Origin: Patescibacteria group bacterium
GTDB taxonomy: Bacteria; Patescibacteriota; Minisyncoccia; Phycocordibacterales; UBA12079
Direction of reading: 5' to 3'
DNA: 64,000 nucleotides
Assembly (NCBI GenBank): GCA_043800905.1
Contig: JAZDMO010000007.1
Location: forward strand, 1,627 to 65,626
The notes under the pieces were generated by a model, which saw nothing but the letters and a program-made list of their open reading frames with translations, did no database searches and was not told the DNA's origin. Positions 28,900 to 39,120 of this stretch are shown here, piece after piece. Position 1 is the stretch's first letter. Each line of letters begins with the position of its first letter. The position numbers and the translations under genes are program-made.

Positions 28900-29592
28900 A
28901 TGAATAATTTTTATATTGTCGCTACACCCATAGGAAATTTAGAAGATATTACTTTGCGAGCTTTGAGAATTCTTAAAGAAGTGGATTTAATATTGTGCGA
29001 AGATACTCGGGTGACCAAAAAACTTTTAGATAAATATGAAATACAAACTCCGACTCTTTCTTATCATTCTTTTAGCGGGAAAATTAAAACAGATAAAATT
29101 TTAGATTTGTTGGGAGAAGGAAAAAATTTAGCTTTGGTTTCTGATGCGGGAACTCCAACAATTTCTGATCCCGGATTTCAATTAGTTAAAGAGGTTAAGG
29201 AAAAATTTGGTGAAAAGGTTGTGATTTTACCAATCCCTGGTCCTAGTGCTGTGGTTTCTGCGCTTTCAGTTAGTGGTTTACTAGCGGATTCTTTTACCTT
29301 TTTAGGATTTCTTCCTCATAAAAAAGGGAAACAAACTTTAATTCAAGAAATTTTTGATTCAAAGCGAACTATGGTTTTTTATGAATCTCCACATCGAGTT
29401 TTAAAAACTTTGAAAATGTTGGAAGCAGTAGATGAGCAAAAAGAAAAAAAGATTGTAGTTGCTCGAGAGTTAACTAAAATGTTTGAACAAATCGTTTCTG
29501 GAAATATTTCGGAAGTAATTTTATATTTTGAACAAAATCCAGATAAAGTAAAAGGAGAGTTTGTTGTTTTGGTTGGAGCGATAAAGCATTAA
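28900..29592 (+). CDS. rsmI: 16S rRNA C1402 2'-O-methyltransferase
   Basis: VATPIGNLEDITLRA, CEDTR, VSDAGTPTISDPG, YESPHR, ARELTK. Confidence 0.96.
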   Translation: MNNFYIVATPIGNLEDITLRALRILKEVDLILCEDTRVTKKLLDKYEIQTPTLSYHSFSGKIKTDKILDLLGEGKNLALVSDAGTPTISDPGFQLVKEVKEKFGEKVVILPIPGPSAVVSALSVSGLLADSFTFLGFLPHKKGKQTLIQEIFDSKRTMVFYESPHRVLKTLKMLEAVDEQKEKKIVVARELTKMFEQIVSGNISEVILYFEQNPDKVKGEFVVLVGAIKH

Positions 29593-29610
29593 AACACAAA
29601 AACATAAAAA

Positions 29611-29630
29611 CCTGCCTGCCGGCAGGCAGG
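29611..29630. repeat. 20-bp palindrome CCTGCCTGCCGGCAGGCAGG
   Basis: Identical copies at 37292-37311 and 58439-58458. Confidence 0.9.
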
Positions 29631-29741
29631 CATTAAAACAAAGACGGTTGCAAAATGACAGTTTTTGTTTTTTGTTCTCGTGCTTTAATGTTCTTGTGTC
29701 TCTAATTTTGTATTCTAAAACAAATACAGTATAATACGGCT

Positions 29742-29957
29742 ATGAAGAAGATAATTTTACTATCATTTATAATAATGGTCACTCCATTTTTAGGGATTCC
29801 AAGTCTTTGGAAAAATGTAATTTTTGTTTTTGCTGGTTTAATTATCATTTTGAATACTTTTTCTGAAAATAAAAAAAATACATCTCATAGTCGTGAAGAA
29901 GTGAAAGATAATGTTTATGTTGAAAATGATAGTTCTGCAGAAATTAAAACAGAATAA
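29742..29957 (+). CDS. Small membrane protein
   Basis: Two hydrophobic segments (PFLGIP..WK); TATAAT 6 nt before the ATG. Confidence 0.7.
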   Translation: MKKIILLSFIIMVTPFLGIPSLWKNVIFVFAGLIIILNTFSENKKNTSHSREEVKDNVYVENDSSAEIKTE

Positions 29958-31116
29958 GAAAAAAACTTTTGGTTTTATTGGCATTGGTGCTCTTTTTATG
30001 GGAGTGCTTTTATTGTTTTTCTTAACAGATTTATTTGATTTAACTATTAATTTTAAAAATTCTCGAATTATTGTTGAAAGTAAAACTGAAGAGGTAAAAG
30101 AAGCTTCTCATGTTGAATTACCAAATTCAGTTAGGGGTTTATATATGACTAGTTGGGTAGCTGGAACTAAAAGTATTCGAACTCCTTTGGTGCAATTAAT
30201 TGAAGACACAGAAATTAACGCTATTGTAATTGATATTAAAGACTATACAGGTAAGATCGCTTTTGAGGTGGAAGATGAATATTTGAAAAAATTTGATGCG
30301 GTGGAAAATCGTATTCCTGATATTAAAGAATTTTTGGAATATTTGCATAGCAAAGGTATTTATGTGATTGGGAGAATTTCTGTTTTTCAAGACCCCAACC
30401 TTGTAGCCTTAAGACCAGATTTAGCTGTTAAACAGTCAAAAAATGGACCGGTATGGAAAGATCGAAAAGGGATTTCTTGGCTAGATGCTGGTTCTCAGGA
30501 TGTTTGGGATTATGTAATTGCCATAGCGCATGAATCCTATAAGTTTGGTTTTGATGAATTAAATTTTGATTATATTCGTTTTCCTTCAGATGGCGATATG
30601 AATAATATTTATTATCCTATCAGTGAAGAACGGGTAGAGGCTGATCCTGAAAAAGGAAAAGCTAAAGTAATGCAAGAGTTCTTTGTTTATTTAGATAATA
30701 AAATGAGTGACATTGATGCAGTAATTTCAGCAGATTTATTTGGAATGGTAACAACCAATTCAGATGATTTAAATATCGGTCAGGTTTTGGAATATGCTTT
30801 GCCATTTTTTGATTTCATTTGTCCCATGGTTTACCCTTCACATTATCCAACTGGTTTTATTGGTTTGAAGAATCCAGCTGAACATCCCTATGAAGTAGTT
30901 AAATATTCTATGGAGAGAGCAGTGGGGAAAGCTTTGAATGCTAGTTCAACTCCAAGTAAATTAAGACCATGGTTACAAGATTTTGATTTAGGCGCCGATT
31001 ATACAGCCTCTATGGTACGAGCCCAAATTCAAGCGACTTATGATGTTGGATTAAATTCTTGGTTATTGTGGTCGGCGTCGAACAAATATACTAAAGAAGC
31101 TCTCTACGATAAATAA
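29911..31116 (+). CDS. Putative glycoside hydrolase (DUF4015-type TIM barrel), membrane-anchored; start uncertain
   Basis: VRGLYMTSW, NAIVIDIKDYTG, GRISVFQDP, FDELNFDYIRFPSDG, PMVYPSHY, LRPWLQDF. Confidence 0.85.
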   Translation: MFMLKMIVLQKLKQNKKKTFGFIGIGALFMGVLLLFFLTDLFDLTINFKNSRIIVESKTEEVKEASHVELPNSVRGLYMTSWVAGTKSIRTPLVQLIEDTEINAIVIDIKDYTGKIAFEVEDEYLKKFDAVENRIPDIKEFLEYLHSKGIYVIGRISVFQDPNLVALRPDLAVKQSKNGPVWKDRKGISWLDAGSQDVWDYVIAIAHESYKFGFDELNFDYIRFPSDGDMNNIYYPISEERVEADPEKGKAKVMQEFFVYLDNKMSDIDAVISADLFGMVTTNSDDLNIGQVLEYALPFFDFICPMVYPSHYPTGFIGLKNPAEHPYEVVKYSMERAVGKALNASSTPSKLRPWLQDFDLGADYTASMVRAQIQATYDVGLNSWLLWSASNKYTKEALYDK

Positions 31117-31121
31117 AAATT

Positions 31122-31163
31122 AAAATAAAAGGCTCGGCGCTAAAGCGCTGAGCCTTTTATTTT
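31122..31163 (+). terminator. Intrinsic terminator
   Basis: AAAATAAAAGGCTCGGCGC-TAAA-GCGCTGAGCCTTTTATTTT. Confidence 0.8.
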
Positions 31164-31202
31164 AGTATATAGTATTCGGTATTTTGTATTTTGTATAAAT
31201 AA

Positions 31203-31303
31203 GTGACGGTCGCCGAAGGCGACCGTCATTGCGAAATATTTTTAGAGAATTTTTTTGAAAAAATTTTTCAAAAAAATTCTCTAAAAATATTGTGGCAATC
31301 CAG
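31203..31303. repeat. REP-like nested palindrome
   Basis: TGACGGTCGCC-GAA-GGCGACCGTCATTGCGA, a ~55-nt AT-rich palindrome, then GTGGCAATCCAG. Confidence 0.85.
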
Positions 31304-31449
31304 AAAAAACTCTTAAATTTTAAACGGCTCAACCTGTTGAGCCGTTTAACAAGGCTATATTGCTTGTTATTTTATGAAAGAAAGTTATTTTTAAAAATTC
31401 ACACTAATGTTGGTTTAACATTGGTGTGTTGTGTTATAATTACAAGAAC

Positions 31450-33234
31450 GTGGAAGAAGAAAAAAACCCAATTACATATTTTGCTGAAGTTGATCGACGA
31501 AATAGGAAAACCCCTTTCGGAATTAAAGCTTCCGATAGAACTCGTCATGTCTATGTCATCGGAAAAACCGGAATGGGAAAATCTACTATGTTGGAAAACA
31601 TGGCTGTGCAAGATATTCAACAAGGAAATGGCCTATGTTTTATTGACCCGCACGGTAGTTCAGTAAAAAAATTTTTAGATTATGTGCCTGAAAATAGAAT
31701 TGATGATGTAATCTATTTTGCCCCTTTTGATGTGGATCACCCCATTGCTTTTAATGTAATGGAAGACGTGGGAGCAGACAAAAGACACTTAGTAGCTCAG
31801 GGTTTGCTTTCGGCTTTCAAGAAAATCTGGGGTGAAGAAACTTTTTCAGACAGAATGGAACACATTACTAATAATACTTTATTGGCTCTTTTGGAATATC
31901 CAGGATCTACCATGTTGGGAATGACTAAAATATTTACCGATGCTAAATATCGAAAGAAGGTGGTGGATAATGTAACTGACCCTTCGGTAAAAGCTTTTTG
32001 GACAGAGGAGTTTGCTGGTTGGGATGATCGTTACCGAAAAGATGCCTATGCCGCTATTTTGAACAAGGTGGGGCAATTTACTTCTAATCCTTTGATTCGA
32101 AATATTATTGGACAAGAAAAATCTTCTTTTGATTTTAGGGATATTTTAGATTCAAAAAAAATTTTGTTGGTGAATCTTTCTATTGGGCAAATTGGTGAAG
32201 CTAACGCAGATTTGTTGGGTTCTATGTTGACTACCAAAATTTATTTAGCCGCCATGAGCCGTGCCGATGTGCGTTCAGCTGAATTACATAATTTACCGAA
32301 TTTTTATTTATATATTGATGAATTTCAAAATTTAGCCAATGATTCTTTTGCTGATATTCTTTCACAGGCGAGAAAGTATAAATTAAATTTAACTTTAGCT
32401 CACCAGTATATTGAACAGATGCCAGAGAAGGTCGCTGCTGCTGTCTTTGGAAACGTGGGGACCATGATTACTTTTAGAGTTGGTGCTACTGATGCAGAAG
32501 TTTTAGAAAAAGAATTTGCGCCTGAATTTACTGCTGAAGATTTAGTTAATCTTGGTTTTGCTCAAATATATCTAAAATTAATGATAGATGGAATTGGTTC
32601 TAATCCTTTTTCAGCAAAAACTTTACCACCAATTCAAGTTCCAAATTTGTCTTTTAAAAATGAAATTCTGGAAGCTTCTCGAAAAAGTTTTACTGTACCA
32701 AGAGAAGAAATCGAAAAGAAAATTATGGAATGGCATGCTTCTGGTGATCCTGCTGGGAAAAAACAAAATCAACCAGTTGTGCCTGTTCCGGTTCAAGAAA
32801 GAAAAGAAATTCCTAATAAAAATTTTAAACCAAGAGATTTTTCTTCAAAAAACAATATTAATCAAGCAAATTCAGCTCCGGTTCGCACTCCAGAAAAACG
32901 TCTAAGTTTAAATGAATTAGGAAATCAGTCCAAAAACATTCGTCAATCAAAATTTGTTAAGCCTAAAATAATTATGCCAGATACTAAGGATTTGAGAACG
33001 GCATTGTCTGAAGCCTTACAAAATGTACAAAATAATTCTTTGAAAAAAGAGAATGAAATGAAAGTTGAAGTAAAGGCGCAGGAAGATACTACTCCAAAAA
33101 CAATTATTAACCCTCCTACAGAAGTAAAAAAGGAAATCAAAGAAAGAGATGAAAGAAAATTGGTGGTACAAGAAATTCCTAAAGATCGGTTGGAAAAACT
33201 TTTGTATGTAAAAAGTCCCGATGAGGAAAAATAG
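31450..33234 (+). CDS. TraD/VirD4-like (HerA/FtsK superfamily) coupling ATPase with a low-complexity C-terminal tail
   Basis: HVYVIGKTGMGKST, FIDPHG, YIDEFQN, SQARKYKL..AHQYIEQ, FGNVGT..FRVG; likely GTG start 9 nt after TGTTATAAT. Confidence 0.87.
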   Translation: MEEEKNPITYFAEVDRRNRKTPFGIKASDRTRHVYVIGKTGMGKSTMLENMAVQDIQQGNGLCFIDPHGSSVKKFLDYVPENRIDDVIYFAPFDVDHPIAFNVMEDVGADKRHLVAQGLLSAFKKIWGEETFSDRMEHITNNTLLALLEYPGSTMLGMTKIFTDAKYRKKVVDNVTDPSVKAFWTEEFAGWDDRYRKDAYAAILNKVGQFTSNPLIRNIIGQEKSSFDFRDILDSKKILLVNLSIGQIGEANADLLGSMLTTKIYLAAMSRADVRSAELHNLPNFYLYIDEFQNLANDSFADILSQARKYKLNLTLAHQYIEQMPEKVAAAVFGNVGTMITFRVGATDAEVLEKEFAPEFTAEDLVNLGFAQIYLKLMIDGIGSNPFSAKTLPPIQVPNLSFKNEILEASRKSFTVPREEIEKKIMEWHASGDPAGKKQNQPVVPVPVQERKEIPNKNFKPRDFSSKNNINQANSAPVRTPEKRLSLNELGNQSKNIRQSKFVKPKIIMPDTKDLRTALSEALQNVQNNSLKKENEMKVEVKAQEDTTPKTIINPPTEVKKEIKERDERKLVVQEIPKDRLEKLLYVKSPDEEK

Positions 33235-34675
33235 TTTACAAAAAAACACAGAGAAGTTTATTTTTATGATCGCTCTGTGTTTTTTATTGCCTATTATTTC
33301 TATGGCTCAAGTTGAAATCGTGGAAATTATGTATGACTTACCTGAAGGAAGTGATAGTGGAAGGGAGTGGATAAGAATTTATAATAATGATTCAGAAAGT
33401 GTTAATTTGGATGGTTGGAGACTTTTTGAAGCAGAGACTAATCATAAAATAGTTTCCAGTATTGAAGGCGATTCTATGATTTTGGCAGGAAATACTTCAG
33501 CAATTATTGTAGATAATGTGGAAAAATTTAAAATAGATTGGCCTAATTTTAGTGGTTTAATTTTTGATAGTGCTTTTTCACTTTCCAATACCGGTGAACA
33601 ATTAATTTTAAGAAATATGGATTTAGAAGATGTAGATTCTGTTTCCTACCAAAAAGAGGATGGAGCCAATGGTGATGGAAATACTTTGCAAAAAATTAAT
33701 GGATTTTGGTCCTCTGCTTTGCCCACCTTAGGAACACCTAGCCCCTCCGACTCAGAAGAACAAGACTTGGAGATAGTATCTCCAAGTGATGAAAGTTCGG
33801 GTGAGGAAGAGGTTTCTTTTTCAAATCAGTCTGGAGTTTCTTATTTTCAGCCAAAAATAAAAGCTCATATTTTAGTTTCTCCAAATTTACCAACAGCAGG
33901 AGCAGATTTTTTATTTGAAGGCGAGTCTGTTGGTTTGAATAATTTTCCTTTGGAAAATGAAAAATATATTTGGTCTTTCGGAGATGGGGCTAGAGTGGAA
34001 GGTCAGAAAGTTTTACATGCTTTTGTTTATCCAGGAGATTATTTAGTAACTCTAGAAGTGGTTTCTGGAAAATATTCAGCTATAGATAGAATTAAAATGA
34101 AGGTGGTTGCTCCTGAAATTTTTATTTCGAATGTTTCTAGAGAAATGAATAATTCGTTTATAGAATTAAATAATCCTTCAAAAAATAATATTGATTTATC
34201 GTGGTGGCGTTTTCGGATAGATAATCAATTTTTTACTTTACCTAAAAATACAATACTTTTAGCCAATACTAAAATTGCTTTTTCATCCAAGGTTACTAAC
34301 CTGTATCCACAAATAGGACAGATGGTCTATTTGCTTTATCCTAACGGAGAAATTTTTTATAATTATTTAGAAAATAAAATTGCTGAAGTTCTTCCTCAAT
34401 CAAGTGTCGCTGTTAAAGTTTCTGAACCAATTCAAAAAGAAAACATTATTCCAGAAATAAAAAACACTCAAACCCAAACAGCTTCGGTGGCGGGGAGCCT
34501 TTCTTTTTTGGGAACTTCAACCGAGCAAAAAATAGATGAAGAAAAATTAGATTTTTCTTCTGAAGAGCCTACAGAAAAATCAAAACTATTAAATAAATGG
34601 AGATTGCTTACTATTGCCATCGCTACCATGGCCGTGGGTGGAACAATTTTTGTTTCGGCTATCGATTCAAAATAG
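33221..34675 (+). CDS. Surface protein with lamin-tail and PKD domains and a C-terminal TM anchor
   Basis: EIMYD...REWIRIYN, FSLSNTGE (LTD); WSFGDG...HAFVYPGDYLVTL (PKD); second LTD-like FIELNNP. Confidence 0.82.
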   Translation: MRKNSLQKNTEKFIFMIALCFLLPIISMAQVEIVEIMYDLPEGSDSGREWIRIYNNDSESVNLDGWRLFEAETNHKIVSSIEGDSMILAGNTSAIIVDNVEKFKIDWPNFSGLIFDSAFSLSNTGEQLILRNMDLEDVDSVSYQKEDGANGDGNTLQKINGFWSSALPTLGTPSPSDSEEQDLEIVSPSDESSGEEEVSFSNQSGVSYFQPKIKAHILVSPNLPTAGADFLFEGESVGLNNFPLENEKYIWSFGDGARVEGQKVLHAFVYPGDYLVTLEVVSGKYSAIDRIKMKVVAPEIFISNVSREMNNSFIELNNPSKNNIDLSWWRFRIDNQFFTLPKNTILLANTKIAFSSKVTNLYPQIGQMVYLLYPNGEIFYNYLENKIAEVLPQSSVAVKVSEPIQKENIIPEIKNTQTQTASVAGSLSFLGTSTEQKIDEEKLDFSSEEPTEKSKLLNKWRLLTIAIATMAVGGTIFVSAIDSK

Positions 34676-34711
34676 CTTAAAAAACAAGATTTTTTATAGT
34701 ATTATAGGGGA

Positions 34712-35581
34712 ATGAAAAAGAAAATAGTTTTAGTGACCGGCGGTGCTGGTTTTATAGGTTCTCATCTAATTGAAGAGTTAGTTAAAGATGAAAATAACCG
34801 AGTTATCTCTCTTGATAATTATTTTACTGGTAAAAAAGAAAATCATATTGTTGGGGCTGAATATATCGAAGGGCATACTAAAGATATTGAATTCCTTGTG
34901 ACTGAAATTCCCGACATTGTTTATCATTTAGGTGAATATTCTCGGGTGTTAACCTCTTTTGAAGATATTGCTTTGGTTTGGGAAATGAATAAATTGGGAA
35001 CTTTTAAAGTTTTAGAATTTTGTCGTAAGAATAAAATTCGTTTGATTTACGCGGGATCAAGTACTAAATTCGGAGAATTCAGTGATAATAATGGAAATGG
35101 TAAAGATCAAAGTCCCTATGCTTGTTTTAAGGCATCGAATACTGATTTGGTAAATAATTATGGAAATTGGTTTGGTTTGGATTATGCGATTACTTATTTT
35201 TATAATGTTTCTGGTGGGCGAGAAATGCGTACTGGAAAATATGCAACTTTGATTGGAATTTTTACTGATAAAAAATTAAAAGGCGAAAAACTTTCAGTGG
35301 TGGCTCCAGGGACACAAAAAAGAGCTTTTACTCATGTGGAAGATACTGTTCGTGGACTTATCTTAGTCGGAGAGAAAGGTCAGGGTGATGGTCACTGTAT
35401 TAGTTCTGAAAAAGAATATTCTATTTTAGAAATTGCTCAAATGTTTGGAGGAGAAATAGAAATGTTGCCAGAAAAAAGAGGTGATAGAAATTTTTCAAAA
35501 ATGGATTTAACTAAAATGAAAGAGTTAGGCTGGGTTGCTGAAAAAGATATAAAAGATTATATTCAAAATATAATTAAATAA
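34712..35581 (+). CDS. NAD-dependent epimerase/dehydratase
   Basis: VLVTGGAGFIGSHL, LDNYFTG, SPYACFK (YxxxK), FTHVED. Confidence 0.92.
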   Translation: MKKKIVLVTGGAGFIGSHLIEELVKDENNRVISLDNYFTGKKENHIVGAEYIEGHTKDIEFLVTEIPDIVYHLGEYSRVLTSFEDIALVWEMNKLGTFKVLEFCRKNKIRLIYAGSSTKFGEFSDNNGNGKDQSPYACFKASNTDLVNNYGNWFGLDYAITYFYNVSGGREMRTGKYATLIGIFTDKKLKGEKLSVVAPGTQKRAFTHVEDTVRGLILVGEKGQGDGHCISSEKEYSILEIAQMFGGEIEMLPEKRGDRNFSKMDLTKMKELGWVAEKDIKDYIQNIIK

Positions 35582-35586
35582 CATAT

Positions 35587-36753
35587 ATGCGAAAAAAGAT
35601 TTTAATATTTTCAACAGCCTACGAGCCCTTTATGTCTGGGGCAGAAGTGGCTGTTAAAGAAATCACTGATCGTTTAGGCGAAAGCTGTGAATTTTTCATG
35701 ATTACAGCACGGATGGATAAAAATTTGTCTAAGAAAGAAAAAATAGGAAATATAAATGTTTTTCGTGTGGGTTTTGGTTTTAAAAATCTGGATAAATTTC
35801 TCCTGCCTTTTTGCGGATTGTGGGTGGCTTTAAAAAATTATAAGAAAGAGAATTATCAAATTGTTTGGTCTATTATGGCAAGTCAGGCGAGTATCGGAGC
35901 TTCTTTTTTTAAGATTTTAAAACCACAGGTTAAATTATTGTTAACTTTGCAAGAAGGAGATGAAGAGGAATATTTAAAAAGATATGTTGGGGGGAGTGAT
36001 TTTTTGTATCGATTTTTAATTCAACCATGGCATCTTTTGGTTTTTCATAAGGCGGATTTGATTCAGACTATTAGTTTTGATTTAAAAAATAGAGCTTTGA
36101 AAAATGAGGTTGTTTGTCCTATTGAGGTTATTCCTAACGGAGTAGATATTGAAAATTTTAGTCAAAAATATTCGGTGACGGAATTAGATTCTTTAGCGAA
36201 AAGTTTAGGTAAAGAAGAAGACGACATTTTTTTAGTACACACGGGGCGTTTTAATTATAAAAATGGTTTAGAAGATTTGATCAAGTCTTTAATTTATTTA
36301 CCCCTTAATATTAAATTACTTTTATTGGGTGGGGGGATTGATGAAGAAAAATTAAAGGAGGTTGTGATGGAACGAAGTTTGGAAAAAAGAGTTAAGTTTT
36401 TGGGTTTTATTAATCATCAAGAATTACCAAAGTATTTGAGAATATCAGATATCTTTGTTCGTCCTTCTTTATCGGAAGGTTTGGGAAATTCTTTTTTGGA
36501 AGCCATGGTGGTTAAATTAGCAGTGATTGCTACCCCAGTGGGAGGTATTCCTGATTTTTTAAAAGACGAAGAAACCGGTTTATTTTGTATCGTACATAAT
36601 CCGGAATCCATAGCCGAAAGAGTGAAGAAAATTTTGGCTGATAAAAAATTGAAAGATTATATAGTTGAAAAAGCTTATAAAATGGTTATTAAAAAATATG
36701 ATTGGAATTTGATTGCTGTTGATATGGGAAAAATATTTGATTCTTTGGTATGA
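35587..36753 (+). CDS. Glycosyltransferase family 4
   Basis: IPNGVD, FVRPSLSEGLGNSFLEAM, TPVGGIPD. Confidence 0.92.
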   Translation: MRKKILIFSTAYEPFMSGAEVAVKEITDRLGESCEFFMITARMDKNLSKKEKIGNINVFRVGFGFKNLDKFLLPFCGLWVALKNYKKENYQIVWSIMASQASIGASFFKILKPQVKLLLTLQEGDEEEYLKRYVGGSDFLYRFLIQPWHLLVFHKADLIQTISFDLKNRALKNEVVCPIEVIPNGVDIENFSQKYSVTELDSLAKSLGKEEDDIFLVHTGRFNYKNGLEDLIKSLIYLPLNIKLLLLGGGIDEEKLKEVVMERSLEKRVKFLGFINHQELPKYLRISDIFVRPSLSEGLGNSFLEAMVVKLAVIATPVGGIPDFLKDEETGLFCIVHNPESIAERVKKILADKKLKDYIVEKAYKMVIKKYDWNLIAVDMGKIFDSLV

Positions 36754-37859
36754 AAAATATTTTAATTACAACTGGGGTTTATCCTCCAGAAATAGGTGGT
36801 CCTGCGACTTATTCTAAGTTACTTTTTGATGAATTGCCTAAACGAGGCTATGAAGTAGAAGTTTTGCCTTTTAATGAAGTCCGCCATTTACCAAAAGGGA
36901 TTCGTCATATTGTCTATTTTTTTAAAATTTTAAAAAAGGCTAAGGGTGTTGATATTATTTATGCCCAAGATCCAGTTAGTGTTGGTTTCCCTTCAATGTT
37001 GATGGCTAGAATTTTAAACAAAAGATTTTTTGTGAGAATTGCTGGTGATTATGCTTGGGAACAGGGAGTTCAGAGATTTGGGATTACGGAAGATTTAGAT
37101 TCTTTTGCTGAAAAAGAAAAAGGTTATAATTTTTTTGTAAAAATATTTAAAACAATTCAAACTTGGGTGGCTGGAGATGCTGAAAATGTCATTGTCCCTA
37201 GTTATTATTTTAAAGGAATTATTGAAAAATGGGGAATAGATTCTGAAAAAATAAAGGTAATTTACAACGGAATTAGATTAAACGAGTCAAACCTGCCTGC
37301 CGGCAGGCAGGAGTCGAAAGTCCATAATGTCGAAGGGAAGGTTTTGTTGTCAGTGGGGAGATTGGTTCCATGGAAAGGTTTTAAAGTTTTAATTGAATGT
37401 ATACCAGAGCTTTTGAAAGAAATTCCGAATTTAAAATTAAAAATTGTGGGAAGTGGTCCGCAAAAAGAAGAATTAGAAAATTTAATTAATGAATTGGATT
37501 TAAACGAAAGTGTGGTTTTGGCAGGGCAATTATCTAGAGAGGAATTGTTGGAAGAAAAGAAAAGGGCTGATATTTTTGTTTTTAATACTAATTGGGAATC
37601 TTTTTCTTTTGATACTGTGGAAGCCATGTCTTTGGGTTTGCCTGTGATTGCAACAGAAGTGGGGCCTTTGCCTGAATTGATAGAAAATGGAAAAGAAGGA
37701 ATTTTAGTTGAACCGAATAATAAAGACCAGATTATAGAATCGATTCTGTTTGTTCTAAAAAATAATAAATTTAGAGAAAAAATTATTAAAAATGCGAGAT
37801 TAAAAGTTCAGCGATTTTCTATTGAAAATACTTTGGATGAATTAGAAAAAGTTCTTTAA
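36750..37859 (+). CDS. Glycosyltransferase family 4 (contains an in-frame palindrome)
   Basis: YPPEIGGPATY, VGRLVPWKG, ESFSFDTVEAM. Confidence 0.92.
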   Translation: MKNILITTGVYPPEIGGPATYSKLLFDELPKRGYEVEVLPFNEVRHLPKGIRHIVYFFKILKKAKGVDIIYAQDPVSVGFPSMLMARILNKRFFVRIAGDYAWEQGVQRFGITEDLDSFAEKEKGYNFFVKIFKTIQTWVAGDAENVIVPSYYFKGIIEKWGIDSEKIKVIYNGIRLNESNLPAGRQESKVHNVEGKVLLSVGRLVPWKGFKVLIECIPELLKEIPNLKLKIVGSGPQKEELENLINELDLNESVVLAGQLSREELLEEKKRADIFVFNTNWESFSFDTVEAMSLGLPVIATEVGPLPELIENGKEGILVEPNNKDQIIESILFVLKNNKFREKIIKNARLKVQRFSIENTLDELEKVL

Positions 37860-37904
37860 TTTTAAATACTGGATACCAAATACTGAATACTATATACTAT
37901 GTAT

Positions 37905-39029
37905 ATGAGGCTTTTATTGCTTAGTACTGATAAAAAAATATTGGAGGAAAATAGTGCTGTTCGTCAAAGAATGCTTGATTACGCTGGTTTAGTGGACCAT
38001 TTAGATATAACTGTTTTTAATTTGGCCGATAAAGATAAGGAGATTAAGGATAAAATTAAAATTGCCCAGAATGCTTTTGTTTATCCCACTAATTCAAAAT
38101 TTAAGTTAAATTACTACAAAGACGCCATCAACATTGCCATTGAAGAACTAGACGAAATTGACTTAGTGAGTGCTCAAGATCCTTATGAAACAGGTTTTAT
38201 TGCTTATAAAATTTCAGAGAAGATAAATACAAAATTAGAATTACAAATTCATACAGATATTTTTAATCCTAATTTTATTAGATTTTCTTGGGGAAATCGT
38301 TTCCGTTATTTTGTGGCAAAATTTTTATTGGATAAAGCGGATTCTATTCGGGTAGTTTCTAAAAGAATTAAATTGTCTTTACCAGAAAAATATCAAAGTA
38401 GAATAACTGTTTTACCAATTTTTATTGATCCTTTTTTTATTTCTAATCAAAAAGTTGGTTTTGACTTACATAAAAAATATCCACGTTTTAAATTTATTAT
38501 TGTGATGATAAGTCGTTTATCTCGGGAAAAAAACATTGGTTTAGCTTTGTACGCTTTGAAAGATGTTTTAAAAATTCTTCCTAAAACTGGTTTAGTAATT
38601 GTAGGAGACGGTCCTGAAAGAAAAAATTTAAAGAGGATCGCTAGAAAAACAGGAGTAGAAGAAAATGTTATTTTTAAATCTTGGGTAGAAAATCCTGTGC
38701 CTTATTACAAGAGTGCGAATTTATTTTTAAACACTTCTTTTTATGAAGGCTATGGAATGTCTTTAGTTGAAGCAACTTTATCAGGTTGCCCAGTGATGAC
38801 CACTAAGGTTGGAATTGTGGGGGAAATTTTGAGTAGTAATAATGCTTTCTTGGTGGAAATGAATAATCGAAAAAATTTAGCGAAAAATATAATCAATGCA
38901 CAACAACATCCTGAATTATTGGAAGCTTGTGCTAAAAAAGCTCAACAAGATTATATGAACAAATCTTTTCATTCAAGAAATGAATATTTAAGAGGTTTTA
39001 AAGAAATGTGGGAGAAAACTTCCCTATAA
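37905..39029 (+). CDS. Glycosyltransferase family 4
   Basis: SRLSREKN, IVGDGPE, TSFYEGYGMSLVEA; start probably the second ATG, 6 nt after TATACT. Confidence 0.9.
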   Translation: MRLLLLSTDKKILEENSAVRQRMLDYAGLVDHLDITVFNLADKDKEIKDKIKIAQNAFVYPTNSKFKLNYYKDAINIAIEELDEIDLVSAQDPYETGFIAYKISEKINTKLELQIHTDIFNPNFIRFSWGNRFRYFVAKFLLDKADSIRVVSKRIKLSLPEKYQSRITVLPIFIDPFFISNQKVGFDLHKKYPRFKFIIVMISRLSREKNIGLALYALKDVLKILPKTGLVIVGDGPERKNLKRIARKTGVEENVIFKSWVENPVPYYKSANLFLNTSFYEGYGMSLVEATLSGCPVMTTKVGIVGEILSSNNAFLVEMNNRKNLAKNIINAQQHPELLEACAKKAQQDYMNKSFHSRNEYLRGFKEMWEKTSL

Positions 39030-39120
39030 AAAGAAAAGGCCCTACAAGGACGAAACCTTGTAGGGTGATCTTTTCCGTTGGTGATTACTACTATAATATA
39101 CTACTATAATATACAAGTCA

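Noticed and set aside
31450-33234. Conjugative element suggested by the VirD4/TraD-like ATPase
   Set aside because: No relaxase, VirB4, integrase or att sites nearby; the gene sits among apparently chromosomal genes.
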